From Candidatus Rariloculaceae bacterium (GTDB taxonomy: Bacteria > Pseudomonadota > Gammaproteobacteria > Steroidobacterales > Rariloculaceae): a stretch of DNA of 64,000 nt. The translations under genes and the position numbers were made by a program. This document shows, in pieces, positions 1-10,960 of this stretch; the first letter of the stretch is position 1; every line of letters begins with the position of its first letter. The notes beneath the pieces are model-generated. The model ran no database searches, had not been told where the DNA came from, and saw only the letters and a list, made by a program, of their open reading frames with translations. The DNA is taken from the NCBI GenBank assembly GCA_965221035.1, contig OZ244860.1, forward strand, positions 1,468,614 to 1,532,613, written 5' to 3'.

Positions 1-1125
1 CTGCTGCTGACCCGGCAGCAACTCGACCCAAGCGAACCCGAGCCCGTGGCCCCGACCGTCCGGGTCATGCGCGTGGACCCCGCCAGTGCACGCATGGTGG
101 TCCACAGCCAGGGGACAGTTTCGCCCCGCACCGAGTCGGACCTGGTGCCCGAGGTCTCGGGCAATGTCGTTTGGATCTCGCCGAACCTGGTCGCCGGAGG
201 GTACTTCCAGGAAGGCGAACCGCTGCTTCGGATCGATGACCGGGACTACCGATACGCCCTGGAACGCGCCCGCGCCGCCGTGGACCGGACCATGGCGGAA
301 AGTGAATTCGCCCGGTTCGAACTGGAACGGCTCCGGGAAATGGAAGCCCGCAATCTCATCAGCCCTTCCGACGTGGAAGCGGGGATGCGGGCCGCCCGGG
401 TCGCCGAAGCGGCGCTTGCGGACGCCCGTACCGCGGTGAACCAGGCCGAACTCGACCTGTCCCGCACGGAGCTGCTTGCGCCATTCACGGGCCTGGTGCG
501 AGGCGAGCAGGTCGATCCGGGCCAGTTCGTCAGCCGTGGCGCCCCCATTGCACGGCTCTACGCGGTGGACTACGTGGAGGTGCGCCTGCCCATCGCGGAC
601 CAGCAGCTCGCCTACCTGGACATCCCGCCCATGCAGCGCGGCGAACTGGACGAATCCGTGGCCCCGAAGGTGGACTTGTCGGCGGACTTCGCCGGACGGC
701 GATACCAGTGGCAGGGCAGGATCGTGCGCACCGAAGCGGAAATCGACACCCGCAGCCGGATGGTCAACGCGGTCGCGCGGATCCGCGTCGCCGACGATGC
801 CGCAGGGGGCGGGACGTACGTTCCCCCGCCGGTGGGCCTGTTCGTCGAGGCGGAAATCCAGGGCCTGTCCGCGGACAACGTCGTCATCGTGCCCCGTTCG
901 GTGATCCGCAACGGCAACCAGGTGCTGGTCGTGGACGAGGACGACCGGCTGCGCTCTCGCACGGTGAACATCGCCCGCATCTACGGGGACGACGCCTACA
1001 TCGATGGCGGACTGGAGAAGGGTGAGCGGTTGTGCATTTCGGTGCTGCAGGCGGTGGTCGAAGGCATGCGCGTCGATGTCGTCGAAGACCGACCGGAGCC
1101 GATGGCGGTCGAATCCGGATCATGA
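1..1125 (+). CDS. RND efflux periplasmic adaptor (membrane fusion protein), 5' end outside window
   Basis: Frame is open from base 1; MFP motifs EVSG.V, G..L..ID, L.APF.G.V; stop overlaps the next ATG (ATGA). Confidence 0.92.
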   Translation: MLLTRQQLDPSEPEPVAPTVRVMRVDPASARMVVHSQGTVSPRTESDLVPEVSGNVVWISPNLVAGGYFQEGEPLLRIDDRDYRYALERARAAVDRTMAESEFARFELERLREMEARNLISPSDVEAGMRAARVAEAALADARTAVNQAELDLSRTELLAPFTGLVRGEQVDPGQFVSRGAPIARLYAVDYVEVRLPIADQQLAYLDIPPMQRGELDESVAPKVDLSADFAGRRYQWQGRIVRTEAEIDTRSRMVNAVARIRVADDAAGGGTYVPPPVGLFVEAEIQGLSADNVVIVPRSVIRNGNQVLVVDEDDRLRSRTVNIARIYGDDAYIDGGLEKGERLCISVLQAVVEGMRVDVVEDRPEPMAVESGS

Positions 1126-4100
1126 AACGCATCATCGCCTGGTTCGTCAACAACCCGGTCGCAGCCAACCTGTTGATGATGATCCTCGTCGTCGGCGGAC
1201 TGATATCCGTGTTCCAGATCCGCCAGGAAGAATTGCCGTCCATCGAACTGGACATGGTCACGGTCTCGGTCCCCTATCTGGGCGCCGCGCCGGAAGAAGT
1301 CGAGAACGGCGTCAACCTGCGGATCGAGGAGGCCATGGAAGGCATACAGGGCATCTACCGGATGACTTCCACCGCCTTGGAAGGCAGTGGCCGCATCCTG
1401 CTGGAGCTTGAGACCGACGCCAACCGGATTCAGACCGCAAACGAGATCAAGAGCAGGATCGACGCCATCTCCACATTTCCCGTAGAGACCGAACGCCCTG
1501 TCGTATCGCTGCTGACGACCATCAACGAGGGGCTTGAAGTCGTCATCAGCGGCGACGCGGACGAGCGCACGCTGAAGGAACTGGGCCTTGAGATGCGCGA
1601 GGAAATCGTCGCGATGGAGGGCATCTCCAACGTGGAACTGGCCTACGTGCGTCCCGACGAGATTTCCATCGAGGTCTCCGAAGGAACCCTGCGGCGGATG
1701 GGTCTCACCTTCGACCAGGTGGCCGGCGCGGTACGGCGAACTTCGCTGGACATGCCCGGCGGATCCATCAAGTCGGGGGCCGGAGAGATCCTGCTCCGGA
1801 CCCAGGGGCAGGCCTATACCGGCGAGGACTTCCGCGACATCGTGGTGGTTTCCAGGGAAGACGGCACGAGGGTGTATCTGGACGAGATCGCCACGATTGT
1901 CGACGGTTTCCAGGAAGGCGAGACCCAGGCACGGTTCGACGGCACGCCCGCGGCCATCGTCCGCGTCAACCAGGTCGGCGACGAAGACGTGGTCGAGATC
2001 AGCGAGATGGTCCGCGCCTACGTGGAGGAAGCCCGCGGCCGCATGCCCGACGGCATCGACCTGACGATCTGGCGCGACGAGGCTGAAACGCTGCAGGCGC
2101 GCATCGACATCCTGCTGGGGTCCGCCGCAACCGGGCTGGCATTGGTGCTGCTGTTGCTGACGCTGCCGCTGCAGTTCCGCCTGGCCATGTGGGTCGCGGC
2201 CGGCATTCCCATCGCCATCCTGGGCACCATCGCCGTGTTCGGCACCGTGGGCCTCACCATCAGCACCCTGTCGGTGGTCGCCTTCATCCTGGTGCTTGGC
2301 ATTGTCGTGGACGATGCCATCGTCGTGGGCGAGCGGGTCTATGCCCACGAACAGGAGGGCAAGGACCCGCTCATCGCAGCCGTGGAAGGCACGACCGAGG
2401 TGGCCGTGCCGGTCATTTTCGGCGTGCTGACCACCATCGCAGCCTTCACTCCGCTCATGTTTGCGCCGGGGAATATCGGGCAACTGCTCTCGGTCATCGG
2501 TTACGTGGTCGCCATCTGCCTTTTCTTCAGCATCGTCGAGTCGCAGCTCATCCTTCCGGCTCACCTGGCGCACCGCAAGCAACCCTCCCCGGCCGGCGAG
2601 ATCAACAGGTTCCACGCCGCCTGGCGGCGCTTCCAGCAACGCGTCGCCACGGGTCTCGAGCGCTTTGCCCGGGACACTTTCGGGCCGGCGCTGGATCGTG
2701 TCCTTGATCTGCGGTACACGGCGCTCGCGCTCGGCGTGAGCGCGCTGCTGATCGCCCTGGGCCTGGTCTTGAGCGACAGGATCGAGGTCCAGTTCATGCC
2801 CAGGATCGAGGGTGACAGCGTTGTGGCGCGGGTGGAAATGCCGGAGGGCGTCAATGTGGAACAAACGGCTCGGGCGGCTCGGCAGATCGAGGCGGCGGCG
2901 CTGCAGCTGAAGGCCGAACTGGACGCCGCCCGCCCGGACCGGCCCTCGCTGATCGAACATATCTTCACCTCCGTCGGACAACCCCTGGGCGGCCGATTCA
3001 CGGCCGCGCCCCAAAGCCATACCGCCGAACTGGTGCTGTCGATCCTGCCGCTGAGTGAACGCGGAAACGTGTCCGTCACCGACATCGCGGATCGCTGGCG
3101 GGAGTTGACAGGTCCGGTCTACGACAGCGTCTCGCTCGCGTTCGCGACCACGGGCGTCACCGTCGGCGACGCCATTTCGATCCGTCTGCAGGGTCGGAAT
3201 GTGGACGATCTGGCCAACGCCGCGGCGGAGTTGCGGGCCGAACTTGCGCGATTCGATGGCGTTCAGGACATCACCGACTCGTTTCGCTCGGGCAAGCAGG
3301 AAGCCAAGCTCTCGCTGCTTCCCGAGGGCCGGCAACTGGGCTTGACGCTGAACGACCTGGCGCGTCAGGCGCGCCAGGCGTTCTACGGCGAGGAAGTGCA
3401 GCGGGTACAGCGGGGCGTGGAGGATGTCCGGGTCATGGTCCGTTATCCGGAAGCCGAGCGGCGTTCCCTGGGCGACCTGGAAGACATGCGGATTCGAGCC
3501 GCCGACGGCACGGAGATTCCGTTCGCCGCGGTGGCCGAAATCGAACTGGGCAGGGGTTACTCCACCATCACCCGCGTCGATCGCCAGCGAGTGGTCACGG
3601 TAAGCGCCGACGTGGACCGCGACGTGGTGACCCCCGAAGCCGTTTTGCGGTCCCTTCAGGCCGACGCGCTACCGAGAACCCTGTCCGGCTACCGGGGCAT
3701 CAGCTATACGCTGACCGGCGAGCGGGAACAGAGAAACGAGTCCTTCGGCGGACTGATCAGTTTCATTCCGGTCGCGCTGCTGATGATCTATGCATTGCTG
3801 GCGATCCCGCTCCGTTCGTATCTTCAGCCGCTGGTGATCATGAGCATCATTCCCTTCGGCGCGCTGGGCGCCATCATCGGACACCTGGTCATGGGCTGGT
3901 CGATCATCATCACGTCCATCTTCGGTCTCATTGCGCTGGCGGGGGTGGTGATCAACTCAAGCCTTGTGCTGGTGGACTACGTCAATCGGCAGCGGCGCAT
4001 GGGGGTTGACCTGCGCGCGGCCGTGCATCGCGCCTGCATCGTGCGGTTCCGGCCCATACTGATCACGTCCTCCACCACCTTCGCCGGGCTGATGCCACTG

Positions 4101-4268
4101 ATGCTCAACAACAACCCCGCCACCGCCTTCTTCGTGCCGATGGCGATCTCGCTTGCATGGGGGATCCTGTTCGCCACGGTAATCACCCTCTTCCTGGTGC
4201 CGTGCCTCTACCTGATCATGGAAGACCTGTTCCCGACGGAACCGGAGCCGGCGCACCAATTCGCGTAA
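1122..4268 (+). CDS. RND efflux permease, AcrB/AcrD/AcrF family
   Basis: Begins MKRIIAWFVNNPVAANLLM; contains GIVVDDAIVVGE and RFRPILITS motifs; ~1048 aa from ATG 1122. Confidence 0.95.
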   Translation: MKRIIAWFVNNPVAANLLMMILVVGGLISVFQIRQEELPSIELDMVTVSVPYLGAAPEEVENGVNLRIEEAMEGIQGIYRMTSTALEGSGRILLELETDANRIQTANEIKSRIDAISTFPVETERPVVSLLTTINEGLEVVISGDADERTLKELGLEMREEIVAMEGISNVELAYVRPDEISIEVSEGTLRRMGLTFDQVAGAVRRTSLDMPGGSIKSGAGEILLRTQGQAYTGEDFRDIVVVSREDGTRVYLDEIATIVDGFQEGETQARFDGTPAAIVRVNQVGDEDVVEISEMVRAYVEEARGRMPDGIDLTIWRDEAETLQARIDILLGSAATGLALVLLLLTLPLQFRLAMWVAAGIPIAILGTIAVFGTVGLTISTLSVVAFILVLGIVVDDAIVVGERVYAHEQEGKDPLIAAVEGTTEVAVPVIFGVLTTIAAFTPLMFAPGNIGQLLSVIGYVVAICLFFSIVESQLILPAHLAHRKQPSPAGEINRFHAAWRRFQQRVATGLERFARDTFGPALDRVLDLRYTALALGVSALLIALGLVLSDRIEVQFMPRIEGDSVVARVEMPEGVNVEQTARAARQIEAAALQLKAELDAARPDRPSLIEHIFTSVGQPLGGRFTAAPQSHTAELVLSILPLSERGNVSVTDIADRWRELTGPVYDSVSLAFATTGVTVGDAISIRLQGRNVDDLANAAAELRAELARFDGVQDITDSFRSGKQEAKLSLLPEGRQLGLTLNDLARQARQAFYGEEVQRVQRGVEDVRVMVRYPEAERRSLGDLEDMRIRAADGTEIPFAAVAEIELGRGYSTITRVDRQRVVTVSADVDRDVVTPEAVLRSLQADALPRTLSGYRGISYTLTGEREQRNESFGGLISFIPVALLMIYALLAIPLRSYLQPLVIMSIIPFGALGAIIGHLVMGWSIIITSIFGLIALAGVVINSSLVLVDYVNRQRRMGVDLRAAVHRACIVRFRPILITSSTTFAGLMPLMLNNNPATAFFVPMAISLAWGILFATVITLFLVPCLYLIMEDLFPTEPEPAHQFA

Positions 4269-4285
4269 CGCCGGCTTGCGGCCCC

Positions 4286-5500
4286 TCAGCGCAAATCCAC
4301 GGCGGCTGTCCTGATCCGCTGCACGTCGCCGAAATCGGTCCAGGCAAATACGAGCCGCCGACCGTCGTGGACCATCTGGGGGAAATCCAGCGGCCTCGCC
4401 GCATCGATCGAGGCCACCGTCATGATCTCGCCAAGCTCGCCGTCGCGGGCAATCAGCCTGAGGGCCAGTCCGAGGCCATCGGCTTCCGTCCGAAGCCAGC
4501 TCACCGCGGTCCGGCCGTTTGCCAGAGCGGCGATGTCGACGTGTCCGAAACTCCCGCTGGTGTCCAGCTCCAGCGCTTCGCCGAAGGTGCGACCGCCGTC
4601 GTCGGAACGAACCAGGCGCACCACCGGACGGTTGTCGGCGGCGCTGAACCACGCCACGGCGACATCGTCGCCATTGGCGTCGATGGCGGGTCCGTTGATG
4701 GGACACGCCTCGATGAACCAGTTGTCCGGCGCCAGCGCAACCTCCGGTTGCCATCCGCCCGGGGTCAGGCGGCGCAGCACGATGTCCCGCATCTCCATGG
4801 CGGTGCGGTCCCGGTACGCCAGCAACAGGTCGCCGCCGCTGAACGCCACATCCGTCTGGCAGCAGTCGCACACCAGCGCATCGACCTCCTCCGTCGACCG
4901 CCGCTCCCCCTGAAAGTCGAATTGCGCAAAGCGCAGGCTCATGCCCAAGGGCTCGCCGTCCGGGTCCTCGAAGGCGAATTCCCCGTCCTGGATCATGTTC
5001 CGGCCATCCAGCCAGACGGCGGCGAAGCCATTCTGCCAAGGAAACAGCGAGACGAATCCGTGCTCGGTGGGCGTTCCATCAATGTGCAGCGGGAACGGCG
5101 TACCCCAGGTCATGCCGTCGTCGGTGGATGTGGACAGCACGGCGTCGTAGCCGAATCCCCGTGGCTGATAGACCAGCCAATGGGCCGCAAGCGCGCCGTC
5201 GCCCACCCGCGATACCGAAGGAAAGTCGGCCCAGTTGACGAACCAGTCCTCGCCCCGGGCCACCTCCGACGGGTTCGTCCAGGTCTCGCCGGCGCTTGTC
5301 GACAGCCGAAGCGCGTAACCGTCCTGCGCAGGCTCCAGCCAGCTCAGCAGCACGGCGCCCTCCCCGTCGACCTCGAGGTGCGGTTGCGCGCTGCCCTCTT
5401 CCGCGGCGATGCTCATCTCCACCGGCGGCTGCGGACCGGCATCGGGGTTGGCGCAACCCGCCAGAGCGGACAGTGCCGCGAGCGCGATCATCCTGAACAT
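4286..5500 (-). CDS. Sialidase/BNR-repeat-like beta-propeller lipoprotein
   Basis: Lipobox LAGC; Asp-box repeats STDDGMTW and SDDGGRTF; CDCC and CPINGP motifs; RBS GAGGA upstream of ATG 5500. Confidence 0.75.
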   Translation of the reverse strand: MFRMIALAALSALAGCANPDAGPQPPVEMSIAAEEGSAQPHLEVDGEGAVLLSWLEPAQDGYALRLSTSAGETWTNPSEVARGEDWFVNWADFPSVSRVGDGALAAHWLVYQPRGFGYDAVLSTSTDDGMTWGTPFPLHIDGTPTEHGFVSLFPWQNGFAAVWLDGRNMIQDGEFAFEDPDGEPLGMSLRFAQFDFQGERRSTEEVDALVCDCCQTDVAFSGGDLLLAYRDRTAMEMRDIVLRRLTPGGWQPEVALAPDNWFIEACPINGPAIDANGDDVAVAWFSAADNRPVVRLVRSDDGGRTFGEALELDTSGSFGHVDIAALANGRTAVSWLRTEADGLGLALRLIARDGELGEIMTVASIDAARPLDFPQMVHDGRRLVFAWTDFGDVQRIRTAAVDLR

Positions 5501-5561
5501 TTGGCGTTTCCTCAGCTTTTGCCGGGGACAGTATAGGGAATCCGCCCCTCCGACGCCGAAG

Positions 5562-6971
5562 TCAAGGCAGCGAAGGGTGCCGGGTGTGCCAGGGGGTCGC
5601 CTGTTCGAAGGCGTACGCGTAGCGCAGCACCCGGGCATCGCGAAACCTTCCGCCGCAGAGCATCAGTCCCACGGGAAGGCCCTGGGCCGTGAATCCGCAC
5701 GGCACCGAGATGGAAGGCTGGCCGGTGAAATCGAAGATGCAGGCGTTCTTGCGTCGTTCCTCGTCGTGGTCGGGCGGCTGTTCCGCGATGGGAGCGGCCG
5801 CGACGGTCGCCGTCGGCATGGCCAGGACATCCACCCGCTCCAGGACCTCCTCCATGCGGTTGGTGAATTCCGCCCGCAGGCGCTGGGCGTTCTCGTAGGC
5901 CGCCGGCGAGTACCTGGTCATGGAGGAAAACCGGGCCCGAAAAGGCTCGCTGAACGCCTCGAAGTCGTCCGCCAGCGCTTTCCGGTGGACGTCCACGATC
6001 TCGGAGAACGTGGCGTTGGCAGCGCCGTAGGCCTCGCGGCAGTCGGGGAGCCGCACGGTCTCCACCTTGGCGCCGAGCCGCTCGAACACCCCGATGGCCT
6101 CGGACACCACCGCCTTGACATCCTCATCGCCGCCTTCAAAGAAGAAGTCCGCGGGAACGCCGACGACACCCCCGGTGATCGGCGCTTCCATCCGCTGGAT
6201 CAGGTTGGCCAGCGCGGATTCGACAAGGCGGACCGGCGCCAGGGATTCGTCACCGGGGTCACGCGCCTTGCCCGCGGCGATGGCCTTGAGCACCCAGGCG
6301 GCGTCGCGCACGGACCGGGTCATGGGGCCCACGTGATCCATGGTCGGCACCAGCGCCATCACCCCCGCCTTGCTGACCAACCCGTAGGTGGGCTTGTGGC
6401 CGACAATGCCGCAGCACTGCGCGGGCAGGCGGATGGAACAGCCGGTGTCCGTGCCGAGCGCCGCAAACGCCATGCCCGCCGCCACGGCCACGGCGGAACC
6501 TCCGCTGGAACCGCCCGGATGATGGTCCGGTCGCCAAGGATTCTCGATGGCGCCGAAAAAGGGGTTCACGGAGGTCGTGCCGAAGGCCAGTTCGTGCAGC
6601 CCGGTCTTGCCCAGCGAGACGGCGCCGGCGGACCGAAGGCGCCTGATCACTTCCGCATCCTGGACGGGCACGTGGTTTTCGTAGTATCGGGAGCCATACG
6701 TGGTCAGCACGCCGCGGGTGTCGATGAGGTCCTTGACCGCCACGGGAATGCCGTGCAACAGGCCCCGGTCCCGTCCGGCCGCCAACTCGCGATCGGCCCG
6801 CCCGGCCTGCTCGAGCGCTTCCTCGGCCGTCACCGTGACGAACGCGTTCAGCCGTCCGTCCAGGAGTTCGATGCGCGCCAACGACGACCGGGCCAGGTCA
6901 AGCGCCGATGTCTCTCCGGCCCGAAGCGCCGTGGCGGCCTGCACCAAGGTGGCGTATTCGAATCCGTTCAT
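5562..6971 (-). CDS. Amidase-signature family amidase
   Basis: VAVKD catalytic Lys, PGGSSGGSA and GTDTGCSIRLPA motifs. Confidence 0.92.
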   Translation of the reverse strand: MNGFEYATLVQAATALRAGETSALDLARSSLARIELLDGRLNAFVTVTAEEALEQAGRADRELAAGRDRGLLHGIPVAVKDLIDTRGVLTTYGSRYYENHVPVQDAEVIRRLRSAGAVSLGKTGLHELAFGTTSVNPFFGAIENPWRPDHHPGGSSGGSAVAVAAGMAFAALGTDTGCSIRLPAQCCGIVGHKPTYGLVSKAGVMALVPTMDHVGPMTRSVRDAAWVLKAIAAGKARDPGDESLAPVRLVESALANLIQRMEAPITGGVVGVPADFFFEGGDEDVKAVVSEAIGVFERLGAKVETVRLPDCREAYGAANATFSEIVDVHRKALADDFEAFSEPFRARFSSMTRYSPAAYENAQRLRAEFTNRMEEVLERVDVLAMPTATVAAAPIAEQPPDHDEERRKNACIFDFTGQPSISVPCGFTAQGLPVGLMLCGGRFRDARVLRYAYAFEQATPWHTRHPSLP

Positions 6972-7216
6972 CGGTCACCGTTCCTCAAGACGTGGTTGGT
7001 GTTTCTGCGCAGAACCACCGCTTCACGCGTGCGCATTTTCCCGACGGAGCGGCGGATAGTCTAACCCGTACTTTCCCACCGGCATCCCCCGGTCAACCGC
7101 ACTTGCCCGGCGCGCCTTGCAAATCGGTGATACGATTTCAACCTACAGGATCCCGGCAGAGGGAACCCCGGCCGGTTCTCCGGGACTTTCTCCCTGTCGA
7201 GCCGATAGGGTGAACT

Positions 7217-10051
7217 ATGCGCATCATCATCAAGGCGCTCGGCATCGCGGCCGCCGCTGTTGCCGTGATCTTCAGCGTTGCGGCGCTGCTGCTGTGGCTG
7301 GTATTCGACCCGGAAAACATCCGCGCGGAGCTCGAAGCGTTCGTGGAGGACCAGACCGGCCGTGAATTCTCCATGGACGACGAACTGTCCCTGACCCTGT
7401 TTCCGTGGCTGGGCATCGAGACCGGCGTGATGCGGCTCGGCCACGCCGCGGGCTTCGGCGACGGCGACTTCGCCAGCGTCGAATCAGCCGTGGCGCAGGT
7501 TCGCCTGTTGCCGCTGTTCCGTGGCCGGATGGAATTCGGCACCGTGGTGCTTGCGGGCGTGAATCTGAATCTGGTTCGCGACGCCGATGGCCGCGACAAC
7601 TGGTCGGACCTGCTGGGTCCGGCGACCGCGCCGAGCGATGAGCCCGGTGCCATCGTGCCGCCCGACCCGGTCGAAGCACCCTTTTTCGTCGAAATCGACG
7701 TGGCCGGCATCGACATCCGTGATGGCGTCGTCTTCTGGCGCGAGAACCTTGATGACGCCCGCTACGTGATCTCGGACATTTCCCTGGAAACGGGCCCGAT
7801 CACTCCGGGCATGCCCGTGGACATCGACTTCGGTCTTCAATGGGTGGGCGTGATGCCTACCTTCACGGCGCGTGTCGATGGACAGACGACCATTGTCCCC
7901 GACCCCGAAAATGCTGGATTCCTGGCCGACAGCCTGCGCCTTGAGTATCGCGTGGAAGACGGTCGGAGCGAGGAGCGCATCGCGGGCAACCTGGAAACGA
8001 CAGCCACATTCGACAACGCCTCCGGTACCCTCAGACTGGACAACGTGCGACTTGAATCGGACCTGACGGGATTCACCCGCGACTCCGGCCCAGTCGAAGT
8101 TTCCGCCATCGTGCCTTCGGTCAACCTGGACACGTCTGCGTGGACAGCGGATATCCCCGAGGCCGTGACCACGATCGGCGGCATCACCGCTCGCTGGCAT
8201 GGTTCGGCCGAGGACCTTGCCGGTGAACCGCTGGTCGCCGGGACCGTCGCGGTCGACGATTCGCCTGTTGACGAGGTGCTGGCAATGCTCGGCGCGGAAT
8301 CCGGGCCTTCCATGGGAAATTTCGACCTCGAGTCCGCGTTCCGGCTGGAGCCGCGGGCCGGGCGCATCTCATTGACCGGCCTGGAGGCTTCACTTCTGGA
8401 CATGGCCGTGACCGGAGTTCTGGCGCTCGACGAAACCGATCTGTCGGGTGTGCTGGCGGTCCCGTCATTCGATCCGGGGTTGTTGTTCAGCGTCCTGCCG
8501 CGCGAGTGGCTCGCCGGCGCAAACGTCGCCCTGATCGACCAACTGGCCATCGGCGCCGACTTTACGGTGAACCGGCGCGACAATGGTTTCTCGCTGCATG
8601 ACTTTGGCGCCACCCTGAACGGTGCTGGCATCTCCGGCCAAATGGACCGGTCGTCCGAGGATGACATCTACAGAGGCCGCATCGTCGCCGCCGGTCTGGA
8701 CCCGGACTTGCTGATTTCCGTCTTCCCGGCGCTCGTACCTGACGCGCTCGACGCGCAACGATTGGGAGAACTGGGACTCGACACGTCATTCGAGTTCGAC
8801 GCGGCCCGATCCGAGTTGCGGCTCGAAGAGCTTTCCGCCGGTGCGTTCGGCCTGCAGGCGAACGGCCATCTGACCGTACTCGACCCGGTCGGCGAACCCG
8901 ACATCACCGGATCGCTTCAGGTCGCGAATTTCTCTCCACGGACGCTGCTTACGCGGTTCGGCCAGGACGTTCCGCCCACCGCCGATCCCGCCGTGTTGAG
9001 CCGGGCCACCCTGAGCGCGGATGTCTCCCTGGGCGCGGGACAGGCCGAATTGGACTCGCTGCGAATGCGCCTGGACGACACCAACCTGACCGGGCGCGTC
9101 GGGATCACCGACTTCGCCGATCCGCGGTACACGTTCGACCTGGACCTGGACCGCATCGACCTGGACCGATACATGCCACCCGCCTCCGAAGCGCCTTCCG
9201 CGCCTGATCAGGAGGATCAGGGCTTCGAAACAATGGAACTTGCCGACCTGAATCTGGCGGGCCGGGTCGGCGCCGGAGAGTTGCGCGTGTCGGGGTTGAG
9301 CCTGGCCGGCTTTTCCACCCGCGCCGAACTCGCCGAGGGCATTGGCCGGGTCGAACCGCTACAGGCGACGCTGTACGGAGGCACTTTCCGTGGAGGCGTC
9401 GACCTGGATATTCGCGCCGGCGGACCCTTCGTCTCACTGCGGGGGTCCGCGGACGGGATCGACATGGAAGGCCTGCTGACGGCGCTCTCCCACGAGCCTG
9501 CGAGGACCAGCGGAACGGGCACCCTAGACCTGCAACTCACCGGAAACGGCGACAACCTGGACGAAGTGATCTCCACCGCGACGGGCTCCATCCGGTTCGC
9601 GCTTCAGGACGGCGCCCTGCAGGGCTTCAATCTCGACCACGCCATATGCGATGTCTACAACCAGATAGGCGGCTATCCGCAACCGTCACCGGCGGGCGTC
9701 GACGCCACCCGCTACAGCATGGTCCGTGGCACCGCCCAGGTCCGCGACGGAATCGCGCAGACCGACGATCTCCTCGGCACAATGTCTGCCATCGAGGTCA
9801 GCGGCACAGGCCGAGTGGACCTGGTTTCCTTCGGGCTCGATCTTGAACTCGACGCCGAAATGACGGCCAGCATCCCCATACCGGGATGCGAAACCTTGGA
9901 CGGCCATGTCGGCCGGTCGATACCCCTGGTGGTCGGTGGAACGGCGGCGGAGCCAAGTATCCGCCCGGATTTCGAGGAGCTGTTGAGGGACACGCTGCGG
10001 GAGCGTGCCGAGGAAACGGTGCTGGACACGTTGATCGACTTGCTGAATTAG
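7217..10051 (+). CDS. AsmA family protein
   Basis: N-terminal TM, then TGRE...LSLTLFPWLGI, V.LLPL and GRDNWSDL; repeated beta-taco segments; LYGG and G.L.GFNL near the C-terminus. Confidence 0.88.
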   Translation: MRIIIKALGIAAAAVAVIFSVAALLLWLVFDPENIRAELEAFVEDQTGREFSMDDELSLTLFPWLGIETGVMRLGHAAGFGDGDFASVESAVAQVRLLPLFRGRMEFGTVVLAGVNLNLVRDADGRDNWSDLLGPATAPSDEPGAIVPPDPVEAPFFVEIDVAGIDIRDGVVFWRENLDDARYVISDISLETGPITPGMPVDIDFGLQWVGVMPTFTARVDGQTTIVPDPENAGFLADSLRLEYRVEDGRSEERIAGNLETTATFDNASGTLRLDNVRLESDLTGFTRDSGPVEVSAIVPSVNLDTSAWTADIPEAVTTIGGITARWHGSAEDLAGEPLVAGTVAVDDSPVDEVLAMLGAESGPSMGNFDLESAFRLEPRAGRISLTGLEASLLDMAVTGVLALDETDLSGVLAVPSFDPGLLFSVLPREWLAGANVALIDQLAIGADFTVNRRDNGFSLHDFGATLNGAGISGQMDRSSEDDIYRGRIVAAGLDPDLLISVFPALVPDALDAQRLGELGLDTSFEFDAARSELRLEELSAGAFGLQANGHLTVLDPVGEPDITGSLQVANFSPRTLLTRFGQDVPPTADPAVLSRATLSADVSLGAGQAELDSLRMRLDDTNLTGRVGITDFADPRYTFDLDLDRIDLDRYMPPASEAPSAPDQEDQGFETMELADLNLAGRVGAGELRVSGLSLAGFSTRAELAEGIGRVEPLQATLYGGTFRGGVDLDIRAGGPFVSLRGSADGIDMEGLLTALSHEPARTSGTGTLDLQLTGNGDNLDEVISTATGSIRFALQDGALQGFNLDHAICDVYNQIGGYPQPSPAGVDATRYSMVRGTAQVRDGIAQTDDLLGTMSAIEVSGTGRVDLVSFGLDLELDAEMTASIPIPGCETLDGHVGRSIPLVVGGTAAEPSIRPDFEELLRDTLRERAEETVLDTLIDLLN

Positions 10052-10112
10052 CGCTCTTGCCGGCCTCCGGGCCATCGCCGCCCCCGCTCGCTTCGCCTAT
10101 ACTTGGCGGACC

Positions 10113-10901
10113 GTGATTCCCACCAGGCGCACATCGGCGTTGCTTGCCGCGATCATGCTGGCACCGGTCGGCGGCATGATCCTGACGGAACCGGCTCGCG
10201 GCCAGGGCTGGGACCTGGAGCACCCCGAAGCGGAATTCCATATCGCCCGGTTGATGCCCGGCGGCAATCAGGCGTTACGCGGCGGATATCGCCAGTGGTA
10301 TGCCATCGACTGGCCCGAAGCCGAGGACCATCTTGCCCAGGGCCTGCAGCGGCTGACCCGGCTGGAGGTGGCCGACGACAGCATCCACGTGCGGACCATC
10401 GACGACCGCATCTTCAACCACCCCTGGCTGTTCGCCCAGCAGGTCGGCCGCTGGACGCTCTCCCAGGAAGAAACGGACCGGTTGCGTGAATACCTGATGC
10501 GCGGCGGCTTCCTGGTGGTCGACGACTTCCACGGCGCCTATGAGTGGGAGCACTTCAGATCGACCATCCAGCGTGCGCTGCCGGAATATCCCATCGTCGA
10601 CATCCCCGACGAAGACCCGCTGCTCCACGTGCTGTACGACCTGGACCGCAACACCCAGATCCCCGGCGCCAGGCACCTCTATCGCGGCCCCGGAGGCCAG
10701 GTCATGGCCCAGCTTCCGGGCGGGCCGCCGCAGTGGCGGGGCATCTACGACGAGCAGGGCCGGCTGCTGGTGGCGATCAACTACAACATGGACATGGGTG
10801 ACGCCTGGGAGCACGCCGACGACCCCTGGTACCCCAATCCCATGACCGCGCTCGCCTACCGCTTCGCGATCAACTACATCATTTACGCAATGACCCACTG
10901 A
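10113..10901 (+). CDS. DUF4159 domain protein, secreted
   Basis: W.IDWPEAE, LREYLMRGGFLVVDDFHG, DMGDAWEHAD and AIN.IIYAMTH motifs. Confidence 0.85.
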   Translation: MIPTRRTSALLAAIMLAPVGGMILTEPARGQGWDLEHPEAEFHIARLMPGGNQALRGGYRQWYAIDWPEAEDHLAQGLQRLTRLEVADDSIHVRTIDDRIFNHPWLFAQQVGRWTLSQEETDRLREYLMRGGFLVVDDFHGAYEWEHFRSTIQRALPEYPIVDIPDEDPLLHVLYDLDRNTQIPGARHLYRGPGGQVMAQLPGGPPQWRGIYDEQGRLLVAINYNMDMGDAWEHADDPWYPNPMTALAYRFAINYIIYAMTH

Positions 10902-10960
10902 ACACGCGCGATGTTGGCGGGACCGCCATGTGCGCGGGACGCGCCACCGGACGAATCCAT

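Noticed and set aside
996..3335. Long antisense or alternative-frame ORFs (also 5409-7064, 13226-14590, 50444-52681, 59731-61266)
   Set aside because: Shadows of well-supported genes in high-GC DNA; no family motifs.
5562..6971. gatA
   Set aside because: No gatB/gatC adjacent; only general amidase motifs.
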